A DNA stretch of 63,118 nucleotides, filler included, from Octopus bimaculoides (GCF_001194135.2; 5 parts of 5 records of this genome joined end to end with filler, not necessarily neighbours in it), one strand, 5' to 3'. Positions 13,539-49,393 are shown, counted from the first letter of the whole stretch. Notes: a model not told the origin generated them from the sequence alone. Program-made: numbers and translations.

Positions 13539-14811
13539 ATCACACACACACAACCACATGACTTCTAAAGATGAGTCCAACTCATTTTGAAACCAAGTCA
13601 CTCTCCCTTTTTTTTCAGTCCACAGAAGAGATAACAATAGGCATTTGTTTATATTTATCCAAAATCACATAGTGTCAGCTATATATTTTATGTTTACCTT
13701 ACTACACATCTAAAATATCTATGTATATGATATATATTTGTCATGCATTAAAGTAAACAGGTTTATATATCTATATCAAGGTTTCATTCAGTTTCTCATT
13801 TAATTTTTTTCAGTCAACTATATTCATCAGAGAGTTGAGGAAAATAATCTTACATAACCCTGTTTATCTTACATATAACAAACATTTATCAGAATTTACA
13901 TGTTTCTAACACAGGTTGTATCATGACAACATCCATGATTTTTTATTCCACAAAATATGAAATAAAAAAAAAAAACAGGAAAGACAAAGGAATTGTCATT
14001 CAATAAACACTGCACAAAGATTGTGATACTAAAGATACTAAAAATACTAAAGAACTTTCGTATCTTCACTAAACCATAGTTTGCATGGAGTTGCAAAGAA
14101 CAAGAATTGGGGAATGGAAAGACTCCAATATGTATCACACTACCATCGTCATCACCAACAAATCAAGTATGTTTTGCAAGATTACAAAATATCTGACTAA
14201 ATATCCAAGGATACAAAATAATCAATCTTTATATTTGGAGAAATAATATCTGCTGAATATTTTAGTCAACTTTTGAGTATAAATATATATATAATATATA
14301 CATACAAATATAAATACATATATATATACATATGTACATGCTTATACATACATACATACATACATATATATATATGTTTTGGTAGCAACCTTCTTACTAT
14401 AGAGTTGAAGATATTTTCCCATTTTATCCATTTCAATGTTAATTTTTCTTAAAGAAAGAAAATATCTTAGATTTCTTTAAACCAAAAGTTTGATCAACCA
14501 GAAATGGTAATATTTTCAACTCTACATTTAGGCATAAGTATATATTTGCACATATGCAAATAAATGTACATACATATATGCATAACAACATATACACACA
14601 TATATATATACCCAATGCCAAGTCTTAAACCAGAGACAAAATACAGTAAACAAGAGTAGGGTGTAATAGTGTTTTATATCCAGTCCAGTATCCTATCATA
14701 CAAGTTGCTTCTTTAATCAATTCAAACTAAATCCTGTGTTGGTTTCCTGCAAGCTATGAAACACCATATTACCAGGCCCCTAGACTAGCCTAAATAAATT
14801 AATGTATGCAT

Positions 14812-14879
<68 letters not shown>

Positions 14880-15223
14880 NNNNNNNNNNACACATACGTG
14901 TTTTAAATTATTTCTTTTTTTATAAAATCAAAACAATGCAAGCTGTAAAAAAATACAAGTCAATGGTTTCTATTTTACCTTGTATTTCATTATTTCAAGA
15001 TTAGTAGACATTATTCAGGAAATCTTTCAAGAAATGGTGTTATGAGGTGAGTTCTCTGTTCAGCTCATGAAAACCATTTCTCTGAAATACTGAAATAGAA
15101 GCCATTGATCTGTATCATTTTTTATAACTTACATTGTTTTTTTGAATTTTATTATAAAAGAAATAATAGCATTTATATATACCAGACAAAGTTTCATGCA
15201 AACTACACAACTCTATACACACA

Positions 15224-15258
<35 letters not shown>

Positions 15259-15358
15259 NNNNNNNNNNNNNNNNNNNNNNNNNNNNNNNNNNNNNNNNNN
15301 NNTTAATTAATTAANNNNNNNNNNNNNNNNNNNNNNNNNNNNNNNNNNNNNNNNNNNN
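15259..15358. other. Assembly linker N44-TTAATTAATTAA-N44 (also at 37588-37687, 55918-56017, 60604-60703)
   Basis: Four identical 100-bp blocks carrying an all-frame stop spacer; contig order and gap size across them are not guaranteed. Confidence 0.95.
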
Positions 15359-16533
15359 CGTGCATATGCGTGTATGTATGTATGTGTGTATATGAGTATC
15401 GGCCTTTGCTTTTTTCCTTGGATAACACTGGTGGCGTGGAGATGAGAGGCCGGTATGCATGGGCGACTGCTGGTCTTCCATAAAACAACCTTGCTAGGAC
15501 TTGTGTCAGGGAGGGTAACTTTCTAGGTGCAATCCCATGGTCAGTCATGGCCGAAGGGGGTCTCAGATGTATGTGTGTGCATCTGTATGTATGTATTCTG
15601 CATATTCATGTGCTTGCATGTCCGTGTTTGTGTATTTTTTTTATGTATGTGTGTGTGTGTGTGTGTGCGTGTGTTTGTATATGTATGTACCTCTGTCTCC
15701 TTGTGTGTGCGTGTGCGAATGTGTGTATTTTGCAACTATGTACCATGTTTGTATGTATGGATGTGCATCTCCATATGTGTCCTTGTGTGAAGTAAAGTGT
15801 GTGTGTGTGTATATATGGTCATGTATTGAATGAAACACAAATAAAAAGTAAATAAATCGTATTTAATAAAAAAAGAAGAAAATGGCACTCCGTCAGTTAC
15901 GACGACGAGAGTTGCAGTTGATCCGTACAACGGAACTATCTGGGCAAGTGGTTGAGTTCTCCTCAGATTTGCGTACCTTAACGTAATTCTCTGGGAGATT
16001 CAGCCTAACACAATGTCACAAGGCTGGCCCTTTGAAACACAAGTCCTACACAATGTTGCCAGCTGAGTAGAGTGGAACAACATGAAATAAAGCGTCTTCC
16101 TCAGGGACACAACCTGCTGCCGAGAATCGAACTCACGCCTTTACTAAAACAGGATATATTTATAGAGCAGCACTGTAGCAGAACTTTAGCAATGATTATA
16201 ATGTTAAAGCCTGGACTATATTTCCGTTTATACAGCATGAGCGTTAAGGAAGCTTGCTTCCCAACCACTTGGTTCCAAGTTCGATACCACTGTGTGGGAC
16301 CTTGGGCAAGTGTCTTTTACTGTAGCCTCAGGCCGACCAAAACCTTGTGAGTGGATTTGGTAGATGGAAATTGAAAGAAATCCGTTAAATATATATATAT
16401 ATATATATATATATAAGGGCATTACTACAGAATAATGCCACACACTAGACTCCAATAATTTTTTCCCTTATGAATTTTTTCACGCTAGCTTCTTGACAAA
16501 ATTCTTGCAAAAGATTTTATCCTATTATTTTAA

Positions 16534-16581
<48 letters not shown>

Positions 16582-17026
16582 CGTGGCTGTGTGGTAAGAA
16601 GTTTGTTTCCCAACCACATGGTTCCAGGTTCAGTACCACTGTATAGCACCTTGGGCAAGCGTCTGTGGTGGACTCTACTGGAGAGAAAGAGAAATAAATG
16701 AGAGTACTGCGTTTTTGTGATGGTGATATCAAATTTATTTATGTCTCCTGTAAACAATACATCTTGTAGCTTGGTAGAAGTGTGAAAACCAGTAGAATAA
16801 AAGAAGAGTAGTTTACTTGGAAAACAAGTGAGGGTTGGCAACAGAAAGAGCACCCAGCCAACAAATATTGTCTCAATAAGTCTTGGATGATGAGGAAGTG
16901 GAGAAGAAGCATACATTAATCACATAGGATGAAGGTGGATAAAATGCTTTCAATAATAAAGCTGTTCAGAGTTCACCCAGGCCAAAACAATAATAAAAAA
17001 AACATCAAAGGAACAGCGATGCTTAC

Positions 17027-37162
<20,136 letters not shown>

Positions 37163-38433
37163 GTTTCTGTAAATATGGGAGATAACTCTGGCTGTTTTTC
37201 GGTGGGGGGGGGGGCCTTGTTATGTCAGTTACTCGTCCTCCCTCCAGATGAAAGCGTGAGAAAACTTGATACAAACGCGAGCTTATTTCTTCATTGCCCA
37301 CAAGGGGCTAAACATAGAGGGGGCAAACAAGGGCAGACAAAGGAGAGCTGTGGGGATGAATGTGAAGATATGGAGGCTTTCGGGTTTTTTATTGAATTGA
37401 TTTTCATTTTTTTTTTTAAATGGGATAGAGTCCACAGTTTTTAAGATGAAAAAAACCCAGGTTTTCTCTAGACTTTATTAGTTTTTTTTTTTAAAGAGAT
37501 TGTGACTTATGTTGAAATGATTTTCGTAAAAACATGCTTCAACTCCACAGTTCTTCAGCTGGAAAAATATTATTAAGTTTATTTCTTNNNNNNNNNNNNN
37601 NNNNNNNNNNNNNNNNNNNNNNNNNNNNNNNTTAATTAATTAANNNNNNNNNNNNNNNNNNNNNNNNNNNNNNNNNNNNNNNNNNNNTATTGAACACAAA
37701 CAAATTTATTGCATTACTTAAAGAAACGAATAATGAATTCTTTTATTCATTTACTTGTTTCAGTCATCTGACTGCGGCCATCCTGGAGCACCGCCTTTTT
37801 AGTTGAACAAACCGACCCCAGGAATTATTCTTGGTAAGCCTAGTACTTATTCTATCGGTTATTTTTTTGCCGAACCACTAAGTCAAGGGGATGCAGACAC
37901 ACCATCATCGGTCGTCAGGCGATATTGGGGGCACAAACAAACAAACACACACAGTTTCAGTTTCCAGTCCATTCACAAGGCTTTGATCAGCCGGAGGTTA
38001 TAGTAGAAGACACTTGCCCAAGGTGCCACGCAGTGGGACTGAACCCGCAACCATGCGGTTGGTAAGCAAGCTACTTACCACAGCCACTAATGAAAAAAAT
38101 TGCAGAAGTTCTAGGATATAAAAAAGCAACTCAATTAGAAACTAGAGAACTCAAATACAAAAAGACAATACTTCTGCCACACCCTGTGTATATAGGACAT
38201 TAATGAATGACAAGAAAACAGGAATTAAGAATTAAGTAACAGATTTCATTACCTAAATACACACATATTTATATACTCTCTTACTCTTTTACTTGTTTCA
38301 GTCATTTGACTGCGGCCATGCTGGAGCACTGCCTTGCATATACAAACCACAAAAAAAGAAATAGAAAATGCACAGTGAAGTAATTGAAAGAAACACAGAG
38401 CATCTCAACAGAAAAAGACAGGAAGGAAAAGGG

Positions 38434-38486
<53 letters not shown>

Positions 38487-38677
38487 AATGAAAGAAAGAG
38501 AAAAAGGAAAAAAAAGAGAGAGAGAAAGACAATTTTTAAGAAAGGAAAATAAGAAAGAAGAGAAGGGCAGGTTATGAGGTGAGTGAATGAGAAAGTATTA
38601 CAGATTCAAATTGTTTAGTAAACAGAAAAAAAATAAATAAATAAAAATAAAAATAAAAATGAAGCGGTTATTCTCAC

Positions 38678-38792
38678 ATCAAGGTCAAGGAATGTATCAG
38701 CTGGATGGGAAGATAAAGTGAAAGTAATTTTGTACATCGCTGGTGAGTGTACTTCAGGAATTACATCCTTCCAGTTGTCCGATTCTGCAATT
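38678..38792 (-). CDS. GLB1L2: GH35 exon (KIAESDNWKDVIPEVHSPAMYKITFTLSSHPADTFLDLD)
   Basis: ttctag / gtgag; phase 2 to 0. Confidence 0.9.
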
Positions 38793-39896
38793 CTAGAATA
38801 AATGGAAAGAATAATAACAATAGTTCTTTTATTTTTTTACTTGTTTCAGTTATTAGACTGCGGCCATGCTGGGGCACTGCCCTGAAAAATTTATAACCAA
38901 ATGTATCAACCCCAGTACTTTTTTTTGTTTTAAAACCCTGGTACTTATTCTATCGATCTCTTTTGTTGAACCGCTAAGCAATGGTGGGGGGACAACCACA
39001 GACACACAAATTCATCATCATCATCGTTTAACGTCCGCTTTCCATGCTAGCATGGGCTGGACGATTTGACTGAGGACTGGTGAAACGAGATGGCTACACC
39101 AGGCTCCAATCTGATTTGGCAGAGTTTCTACAGCTGGGTGCCTTTCCTAACACCAACCACTCCGAGAGTGTAGTGGGTGCTTAGTCAGGCGGTACTAGCA
39201 ACGGCCACACTCAAAATAGTGTATTTTATGTGCCACCCGCACAGGAGCCAGTCCAGCAGCACTGGCAACAATCTCGCTTGAATGCTTTTTTTTTTACACA
39301 CGTTTCTGCAGAGCTATAGGTGAAACAAAATACATGCCTGGCAAATGATCATGGATTACATATTTTATTCACTCTCAGACTGATCATTGACCACCTTAAT
39401 TCTAAGTGTCTGGATACAGTCTCTTTTGAACTTGTCATACCTCAGGATATATATATTCCAAGGGGTGACAAGGTGTCAAAACCAGAGTGATATTCATTTG
39501 GCAGCTGATGATGGGAATACACATTTGTTATGCTTGTTTGTGAACTTTTCATATCTTAGTCTCATTATTCTGAGTTTTCCTTCATTCTAGTAAAGTGGAG
39601 AATGTTTGTGGCTTCATGGCCTGTAGAAATTATTTATATTGACACTGGTTGTTTTTCTTCGTAGATAATCTCATTAGGCTTGGATAATGCTTAGGTATTT
39701 GGTATCTAGTTTTTGGAGGTTCTGGGGAATATCATCATCATCATTTAACGTTCGTTGTCCATGCTAGCATGGGTTGAATGGTTTGACCAAAGCTGATAAG
39801 CTGAGGGGCTGCACCAGACTCCAGTCTAATTTGGCATGGTTTCTATGGCTAGCCCCCCTTCCTAGCACCAAGATATATATATATGTATGTATGTAT

Positions 39897-39930
<34 letters not shown>

Positions 39931-42900
39931 ATAAAACGAGGTGGTTATACATCATCATCATCATCATTTAATGTCCGTTGTCCCTGCTGGCATGGGTTGG
40001 ACAGTTTGACCAGGGCTGGCAAGCTGGAAGGCCACACCAAACTCCAGTCTGATTTGGCATGGTTTCTATGGTTGGATGCGCCTCCCAATGCCAGTCACTC
40101 TGAGAGTGTAATGCGTGTTTTTTATGTGCCACCAGCACATGGGTGCCATTTGCATGACACCAGTATCTGTCACGACAGCGATTTTGTTCAGTTCGATGGG
40201 TCTTCTCAAGCACAACATAATGCCAAAGGTCTCAGTCATTGCCTCCATGAGGGCCCCATACTCAAAAGAAGCTCAGTCACTTTGCCTCTGCGAGGCCCAA
40301 TCCTTGAAAGGTGCTTCAAAGGTCTCAGTCATTGCCTCTGTGAGGTCCAACACTCAAAAGGTGCTTTTTACGTGCCACCAGCATCTGCCATGACTGCAAT
40401 TTAGTTCAGCTTGATGGGTCTCCTCATGCACAACATATCGCCAAAGGTCTTGGTCACTAATCATAGCCTCTGTGAAGCACAAAGTTCTAAGATCATGCTT
40501 CACCATCTCATCTCGTGTTTTTCTGGGTCTACCTCTACCGCAGGTCCCCCTCACAGTCAGAGATTGGCACTTCTTTATAGAGCTGTCCTCGTTCATACAC
40601 ATCACATGACCATACCATCACAGTCGTTTCTCTTGCACACCACATCTAATGCCTCTTATGCCTAACTTTTTTCTCAAGATGCTTACACTCTGTCAAACAC
40701 GCACACTGACATTGCACATCCAGCGAAACATGCTGGCTTCATTTCTTTCAAGCCTACGCATGTCCTCAGCTGTCACAGCCCATGTTTCACTGCCATGTAG
40801 CATAGCTGTATGCACACATCATACAATATGCCTTTCACTCTAGTACTTATTCTATCAAGTGGTTGCAAACACTGAAGCCCACACCTAGAACAGAATAAAA
40901 ACCTTCATGTAAGCCTTGTTATATTTAGATAGATCTGAATTTTTGTTAGTTTGTAAGTAAAAGCTTAAATACTTGAAATGTAATCCTATATAATTACATT
41001 ATTTTCTTTCCTTAAATGACATACTTCGTGATTAACAAGCATTCTTTAATTACAATAATGACCCACATTTGAAACATGCACACATGTATGCCTCTGCATA
41101 CATGTACACGCACATCATCATGATCATCATCGTTTAACTGCCTTCCATGCTGGTATGGACTGAATGATTTGGCAGGAGCTGACCAGGCAGAGCACTGCAT
41201 CAGACTGTCAGTTTTTGCATGGATGCCCTTCCTAACACCAACCACCCCACAGAATGGATTTATACTTACTCTTTCTCTTTTTACTCTTTTACTGTGGCCA
41301 TGCTGGAGCATCGCCTTTAGTCGAGCAAATCGACCCCAGGACTTATTCTTTAGAAGCCTAGTACTTATTCTATCGATCTCTTTTGCCGAACCGCTAAGTT
41401 ACGGGGACGTAAACACACCAGCATTGGTTGTCAAGCAATGCTGGGGGGACAAACACAGGCATACAAACACACACATATATATACAAATACATATATATGA
41501 CGGGCTTCTTTCAGTTTCCGTCTACCAAATCCACTCACAAGGCTTTGTTCAGCCCGAGGCTATAGTAGAAGACACTTGCCCAAGTTACCACGCAGTGGGA
41601 CTGAACCCGGAACCATGTGGTTGGTAAGCAAGCTACTTACCACACAGCCACTCCTGCGCCTATAAATTTTTATGCAAAAAGTTTCATACACATTCAGCTC
41701 TGTCACTTTAGAAAACACCACACCAACCGGTCCAGGAACTGAAACTATGATCTCACTATTGTGAGTGCCACACCTGAACAACTAGGCCAGGTGTGCTTGT
41801 CGATATGGAAATATACAAACAGACTACTCTGACAAGCTGTTGAATAACTGCAAGTGTGAGCATACAGACAACATGACAAACAAAAATCAAACTGAAAGCA
41901 AGTGTAAGTGCTGATAAAACAACAAACATATTTTGCAAAGTCATCTCTGGAAACATGGGCAGATTCAGACCAGAGTTGATAGCAATATTAATCCGTTTAT
42001 TACCAACCCAGCTGAAACTGGCTCTGTCTCTGAGTACAAATGTCTTGTTTTCATAAGTTTTGAATTAAAATCTTCCACCAAACCTTAGTCACAATTTATG
42101 TTCCTACCACTAGCTGAATGATAACTAAGTTATTTTACTCAATTCTTTGTTATATTTAAAGTAATTGAAAGAAATACAGAGCATCTCAAAATACAATAAT
42201 GAAAGGGTTAAAATAGGTAATGCTTAACAGCATTTCATTCATCTTTACTTTCTGAGTTGAAATGCCACGGGGGTCTATTTTGCCTTTCATCCTTTCGGGG
42301 TCGATAAAATAAAGTACCAGTTGAGCACTGGGGTCAATGTAATCAATTTACCCCCACCTCCCCCAAGCTTGCTGGTTTTCTGCCAAGATTTGAAATCAAT
42401 ATCAAAATACGTAATAGGGCAGTGGATGGGCAGAATTGTTAACATGCCAAACTAAGTGCTTGACATTCTGAGTTCAAATTTCACTGGGATCAAGTTTGCC
42501 TTTCATCCTTTCAAGGTCGATAAAATAAGTACCAGTTAAGTACTGGGGGTTAATGTAATCAACTTACTCCCTCTCCTGAAATTACTGGCATTGTGCTAAA
42601 AATAAAATTAACAAAATCGTTATAGCTGTGGGTTAAAATACTTGGCTGTATTTATTTTATCTTTTACTTGTTTCCGCCATTAGACTGTGGCTATGCTGGG
42701 GCACCACCTTGAAGAATTTTTAGCCAAATGAATTAACCCCAATACTTATTTTTTATTTTGGTGCCTATTCTATTAGTCTCTTTTGCTGAACTGTTAAGTT
42801 ACAGGGACATAAACACACCGACATCAATTGTCAAGCAGTGGTGTAGAACAAACACAAACACGGCAGGCTTCTTTCAGTTTCCATTTACTAAACCCACTAG

Positions 42901-45900
42901 TCTTGGGGCCCTTGTAAAGAATTATGGATACTGCCTTCCCACCCATCTACCTCCTCTTCCAACAGTCCCTGGAAGGGGTCTGTGAACAGATCCCTCAAAC
43001 ACCTCATCTATAGGGTCTTATCAGAAGCAACAGCCATTCGACTTTCTGACTGGATTACCCGAGAAGAATGATTTAAACTATGGATATCATCCAACCATCC
43101 CATTCTTTAACCCTAGGTTTCACAACAGTTACTTGACTTGGAGAATTTGTCTTGTAATTCTTTCCTGTGACATTCTAATCACAATTCCATAGTAGCAGAG
43201 CTATGACCTCTCAGCGCAGAAAAGTAGAGGCTTAAACTAGAGAGGTTCCTCAATCTCCAAGCTACATACCCTGTCAAGTAGTATTATCTCAGAGGTTCTT
43301 CAGAGGAACCCTATTTCAATTGCTTGTATTCATGATTGTACTCTTTTGGTCAGTACCTAAAGTTCATGGCCATAGGTGAAAATAGGTACAAAAACAGAAT
43401 TGAAGGCAGCCTTCCCTCCTGATTTAAAGAAAAAAATGAAAAGAAACTCACTAAAAACAAAACAAAATAAAAATACTTCTCAATTAAAATAAAGATAATT
43501 ATTTACTTGTCAAGAAATTCGCTGGAAAAGTCCACTGGGTAGATATTCCAATATTCTTCAAGTTTTCCATCTAAATACACTTCACCATCTAAACCTGAAA
43601 CAAAGATTCGTTTAAATTAATTATGAGGAATAAAATTAATAATAGCTGAATGGGTTAACTCAAAGACTGCGGATTCTAAGTTTACAGGTTCAAACCTTTC
43701 TATAATTGTTACACTATGTTTTTACATCAAATAGCGGTCTGGCTTCCGTGCTGGTGGCATGTTAAACGCACCATTTGAGCGTGATCGTTACCAGCGTCGC
43801 ATTACTGGCACTTGTGCCGGTGGCATGTGAACAAAATATTCAAGCGAGATCGTTGCCAGTGCCGCTGGACTGACTCCTGTGCAGGTGGCACGTAAAAACA
43901 CCATTTGAGCGTGGCCGTTGCCAGTACTGCCAGACTGGCCCCCATGCCGGTGGCACGTAAAAGCACCCACTACACTCTCTGAGTGGTTGGCGTTAGGAAG
44001 GGCATCCAGCTGCAGAAACTCTGCCAGATCAGATTGGAGCCTGGTGTAGCCATCTGGTTCACCAGTCCTCAGTCAAATCGTCCAACCCATGCTAGCATGG
44101 AAAGCGGACGTTAAACGATGATGATGATGATGATAAATCTTGTTGTTCCAGTGATAAATATAACATGATGTGCAACCATGTGACATGTGCAATATGATGA
44201 TGTAACACAATTATGACTGATTGATGTATGTGACAGGGTAATAATACAATTGTGACATGATGTGTAACTATGTGTTACATATGTAAAATGATGTGACTGC
44301 AACTGTTTTATACGAAGTGTAAACTGTAAGATAAATGTGACAGGGCTTAACACAATCATGACATGATGTGTGACTGTGATATGTGCAATATGATGTAACA
44401 CAATTATGATTGATTGATATATGTGACAGGGCATGATACAATTATGACAGGATGTGTAACTATGTGATATATATGTAACATGATGTGATTGCAACATAGG
44501 TGCAGGAGTGGCTGTGTGGTAAGTAGCTTGCTTACAAACTACATAGTTCCGGGTTCAGTCCCCACTGCGTGGCAAGTGTCTTGGGCAAGTATCTTCTACT
44601 ATAGCCTCGGGCCGACCAAAGCCTTGTGAGTGGATTTGGTAGACGGAAACTGAAAGAAGCCCATTGTATATATGTATGTGTGTTTATATGTTTGTGTGTC
44701 TGTGTTTGTCCCCTCAACATCGTTTGACAACCAATGCTGGTATGTTTACATCCCCGTAACTTAGCGGTTCAGCAAAAGAGACCGATAGAATAAGTACTAG
44801 GCTGCCAAAGAATAAGCCCTGGGGTCAATTTGCTCGACTAAAGGCAGTGCTCCAGCAGGCCAGAGTCAAATGACTGAAACAAGTAAAAGAGTAAAAGAGG
44901 ATGTGTAACTATGTAATATATATGTTACATGATGTGATTGCAACTATGTGATATTGGTTTCAAATTTTGGCACAAGGCCAGCAATTTCAGCAGAGTGGGT
45001 AACTCAAGTACATCGACCCCAGTGCACAACTGGTACTTATTTTATCTTTTTGGGTGAGGAGCCCAGTCAATTACATTGACTCCAGTGTTTCACTGGTACT
45101 TAATTTATCGACCCCAAAGGCAAAATTGGCAGATGCGTGACACAGAATGTAACAAGGTTGGCCCTTTGAAATATGAGTACTAAAAAGTTTTGCCGGCTGA
45201 GTGGACTGGAGCAATGTGAAATAAAGTGTCTTGCTCAAGACCACTACTAATAATAATACTAACAATAATATTTCATCTCATATTAACAACGAAAATCCTT
45301 GTATTTCCATTGTAAATATTCATTTGTTAATTTCCATATTTAATAAATCTTCAAAAATCTGTACATTTTAAAACTTTCAATGGCAGTTGAAGTACTGTTT
45401 CATGTGTTGCTAGGAATTGAACTCGTGACCTTGTAATCATGAGCCAAACATTCTAACCACTAAGTCATGTACCTTCACATAGTAACATATATAATTGAGT
45501 GATATGTATACTGTAGAACACAATGCTATGTGACAAGATTTGTGTCTGTGTGATATATAAATGAAATACCTTTAAACTGATTTGAGAAAGAATGTCTATC
45601 ATCGAACATCAAATAGTTCACTCGACCGAGGTTTTCCACCAATATACCCAGTTTGATTCCGTCATTCTACAACAGAGAAGAGCATTTAATTGGTTATAAA
45701 TGGTAAAGTAAGCACTAACTTATCATATTTGATAGCATACAAGACACACGTTTTTTTAACACACACACACACACTCCCCACCACAAAATACATGTCTCAG
45801 AAAATCACCCAGAGATGCTGGGCCTATATCACCAGCTTCAATGCCTTAAAAACTTTCTACTTGGATATATGCAAAAAAGACAACCCTTGGCCATTGCCAG

Positions 45901-48900
45901 TACCGCCTGACTGGCCTTTGTAGGATTTTCGAGCGAGAGCGTTGCCAGTGCCCCTGGACTGGCTCTTGTGCGGGTGGCACATAAAATACACCATTTTGAG
46001 CGTGGCTGTTGCCAGTACCGCCTGACTGGCCCTCGTAGGATTATCGAGCGAGATCGTTGCCAGTGCCCCTGGACTGGTTCTTGTGTGGGTGGCACATAAA
46101 ATACACCATTTTGAGCGTGGCCGTTGCCAGTACCGCCTGACTGGCCTTCGTGCGGGTGACATGTAAAAGCATCCACTACACTCTCTGAGTGGTTGGCGTT
46201 AGGAAGGGCATCCAGCTGTAGAAACTCTGCCAAATCAGATTGGAGGCTAGTGTTGCCATCCGGTTTCACCAGTCCTCAGTCAAATCGTCCAACCCATGCT
46301 AGCATGGAAAGCGGACGTTAAACGATGATGATGATGATGTATTGAGAACAGTGGAAAGAAGTCATCAATGGCCTCTGCTCCAAAAATGAGTGAAGGACTG
46401 AAGTAAAGTAAATGGTATAAATAATCAGTGTACTTACATCAGGAAGGGAAAACTGAGGGTTAGATACGGTCCAGTTGACTGTGAACATCACTTGATGGTT
46501 CAGTAAGATCTAAAAATATAAAGCAATAAATCTAAATAAAAAACAGATCTGGATTTGGGTTCTTGTTGAAATCAAACCTACAAATCCATAGGAAGATTTG
46601 AACTCAGCACTAAAAGTTAAAAAAAAACACTTAGCTATTTAGAACAGTGAATTGAACTTTACCCAGGTATTTATTTGTTCCTGTGTTTTTTTGTTTTTTT
46701 TTAAGACAATGGGTTGTGATCCTGAGACATTTGACTCTGATCTAATACATTAAACAAATATGTATAGAGGCTCTCTCTCCATTACATTGATAGTATTTAC
46801 TAAACCTATTTACAGTAGGAGCCAATGAATTCAAGTGTTTTAAGTGGAACATAAATTAACATAAATTAGCATAGGTAGCAACATATGAATCACTGAACTT
46901 CCTAAGCCATTCATTGATTCAGCTAGTGTCACTTTAACAGTGTTCTTACTCCTCGTACCAACAAACTGTACCCTTACATGGTACCTATTTATAGCTTGGT
47001 GAACTGTAACTCCTTTTAAAGTAAGTGGAACCTATTCATACTTAAAGGGAATCATGATACACTAAGGTAAAGTATAGCTTTATTCAGGATGTCTATTTAT
47101 GGCTTGGAGGTCTGTGTGATTATTTTAGAAGCAGTACATTTTAATAATGATAAAATGTCACAACAGCTCTGAGATTCAAGCTGCTGTTTTTCCCAAGCAA
47201 ATAGTTATAAATTCAATATTTAAACACCATGTTGTAGCTCTGAACACAGCACTAATTCTGCTTGATTGAGTTTTCCTGACTGTACAAGTAAAGTAGTTTG
47301 ATTTTATACTTTGTAATTCGATAGAGGAGGGAATATTGCTTTCAAATTTTGGCACAAGGCAAGCAAGTTCAGCGGGGGATAAGTCGTTTGCATCAACCCT
47401 AGTATGCAAATGGTACTTATTTCATTGACCCCAAAAGGATGAAAGGCAGAGTTGACCTCAGCAGAATTTGAACTCAGAATGTAAAGACAGACAAAATGTG
47501 GCTAAGCATTTTGCCCAATGTGGTAAATATTGTGCCAGCCCATCGCATTTAGTGGAGGGAATATTTGTGGCACTTCATCGGTAACGACAAGGGTTCCAGT
47601 TAATCCGATCAACGGAACAGCCTGCTCGTAAAATTAACGTGCAAGTGACTGAGCACTCCACAGACACGTGTACCCTTAGCATAGTCCTTGGGGATATTCA
47701 ACGTGACACAGCGTGTGACAAGGCTGACCCTTTGAATTACAGGTACAACAGAAACAGGAAAAAAGAGTGAGAGAAAATTGTGGCGAAAGAGTACAGCAGG
47801 GTTTGCCACCACCCCCTGCTGGACCTTCGTGGAGCTTTAGGTGTTTTTGTTCAATAAACACTCACAATGCCTGGTCTGGAAATCGAAACTGCGATCCTAC
47901 GACCATGAGTCCGCTGCCCTAACCACTGGGCCATTGCACCTCCACAGAGGGAATATTACCAATCAGTTATAGAAAGAGCTTTTCCTATGAATAAATCACC
48001 TGATTCATGGATATAATGTTAGACAAGTTTTTCCACTCACATGTGCTCGATCAGCAACTGAACCACCAATCTTTAAGGTCTTCACTTTCGGCAATGATTT
48101 TTCATACAGAATATAGCCATAACTCTGTCCTGCATTGAAGTTTATGTTCAACAATTCCATGAACTCCATCTTGGTATCGAATGAAGACTGAAAATTTCAA
48201 AAACAGAAATGAGACGTGAGAGAGTCTGCTGTATGTTTCTAAATATATATTTATGTTTGTGTGTGTGTGTGTGTGTGAGTGTGTGTGCATTCATATATCA
48301 TCATCATCATCATCATCATCAACATTTAATGTCTGCTTTTCCATGCTGGTACGAGTTGGACATTTTGACAAGAGCTGGTATGGCCAGGATCCACACTATA
48401 TATATGTATGTATATCTAGCTATATATATATATCATTATCATCGTCATCGTTTAACGTCCGCTTTCCATGCTAGCATGGGTTGGACGATTTGATTGAGGA
48501 GTGGTGGACCAGGAGGCGACACCAGGCTCCAATCTGATTTGGCAGAGTTTCTACAGCTGGATGCCCTTCCTAACGCCAACCACTCTGAGAGTGTAGTGGG
48601 TGCTTTTAGGTGCCACCGGCACGAAGGCCATATTCGATGACTGGCACCTGTGCCAGTGGAGCGCTAACAGCACCGTCCGAGTGTGATCATTGCCGGAGCA
48701 GCTGTCTGGCTTCTGTTCCAGTGGCATGTAAATAGCACCATTTGAGCATGATCGTTGTGCCATTCAGTGGGACAGAACCTGAAACATTATGGTTGTGAAA
48801 TGGAATTCTTAACCCCTCATCCTTGCATATTTCCATCATACATCATCATCATCATCATCTTTATAATCATCTTTATAATGGTCACTTCCCCCTGGATGAT

Positions 48901-49357
48901 GATGTTGATGATGATGATGATGACGATGACAATGAAGAAACAGATGGTGACAAAAAGTAGAAAGCATTTATGCAAATACAATAATTTTTAATAAATAAAA
49001 AATTCAAAATTAATGAAATGTTCAAAATGAATTTGCACAACAAAGCCTGTTTACCATAATTTCAGTACTAATTAGTTAAATTCTGAAGCATTATTAAGCT
49101 GTTGGTTATTTATCTATTGAACTAGTTTAGTCACCAGGGAATGTTTTTGATAATGTGTTTGTTATGTCTGACCTTAACATCACACTATAGTACAAGCCTC
49201 TAGGTGGTTACTCAACCTGCTAGAAATAGCAACCATATCCCCACAACCATGAACAAGGGCACATTAAATAATGTGCTGGTGTATCTCAATTGATAGGAAG
49301 ATGAAATACTGTAACATGGCCATCCACATATTACATGCCACATGTGCATTCTCTCTT

Positions 49358-49393
<36 letters not shown>

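Noticed and set aside
14740-14790. Minus-strand 'ag|GGG CCT' as the missing OXCT1 exon 10
   Set aside because: Translates as GPGNMVFHSLQETNTGFSLN*, with no DLINAG motif.
15303-15314. Recurrent TTAATTAATTAA as a biological motif
   Set aside because: Always centred in exactly 44+44 Ns, so it is an assembly spacer.
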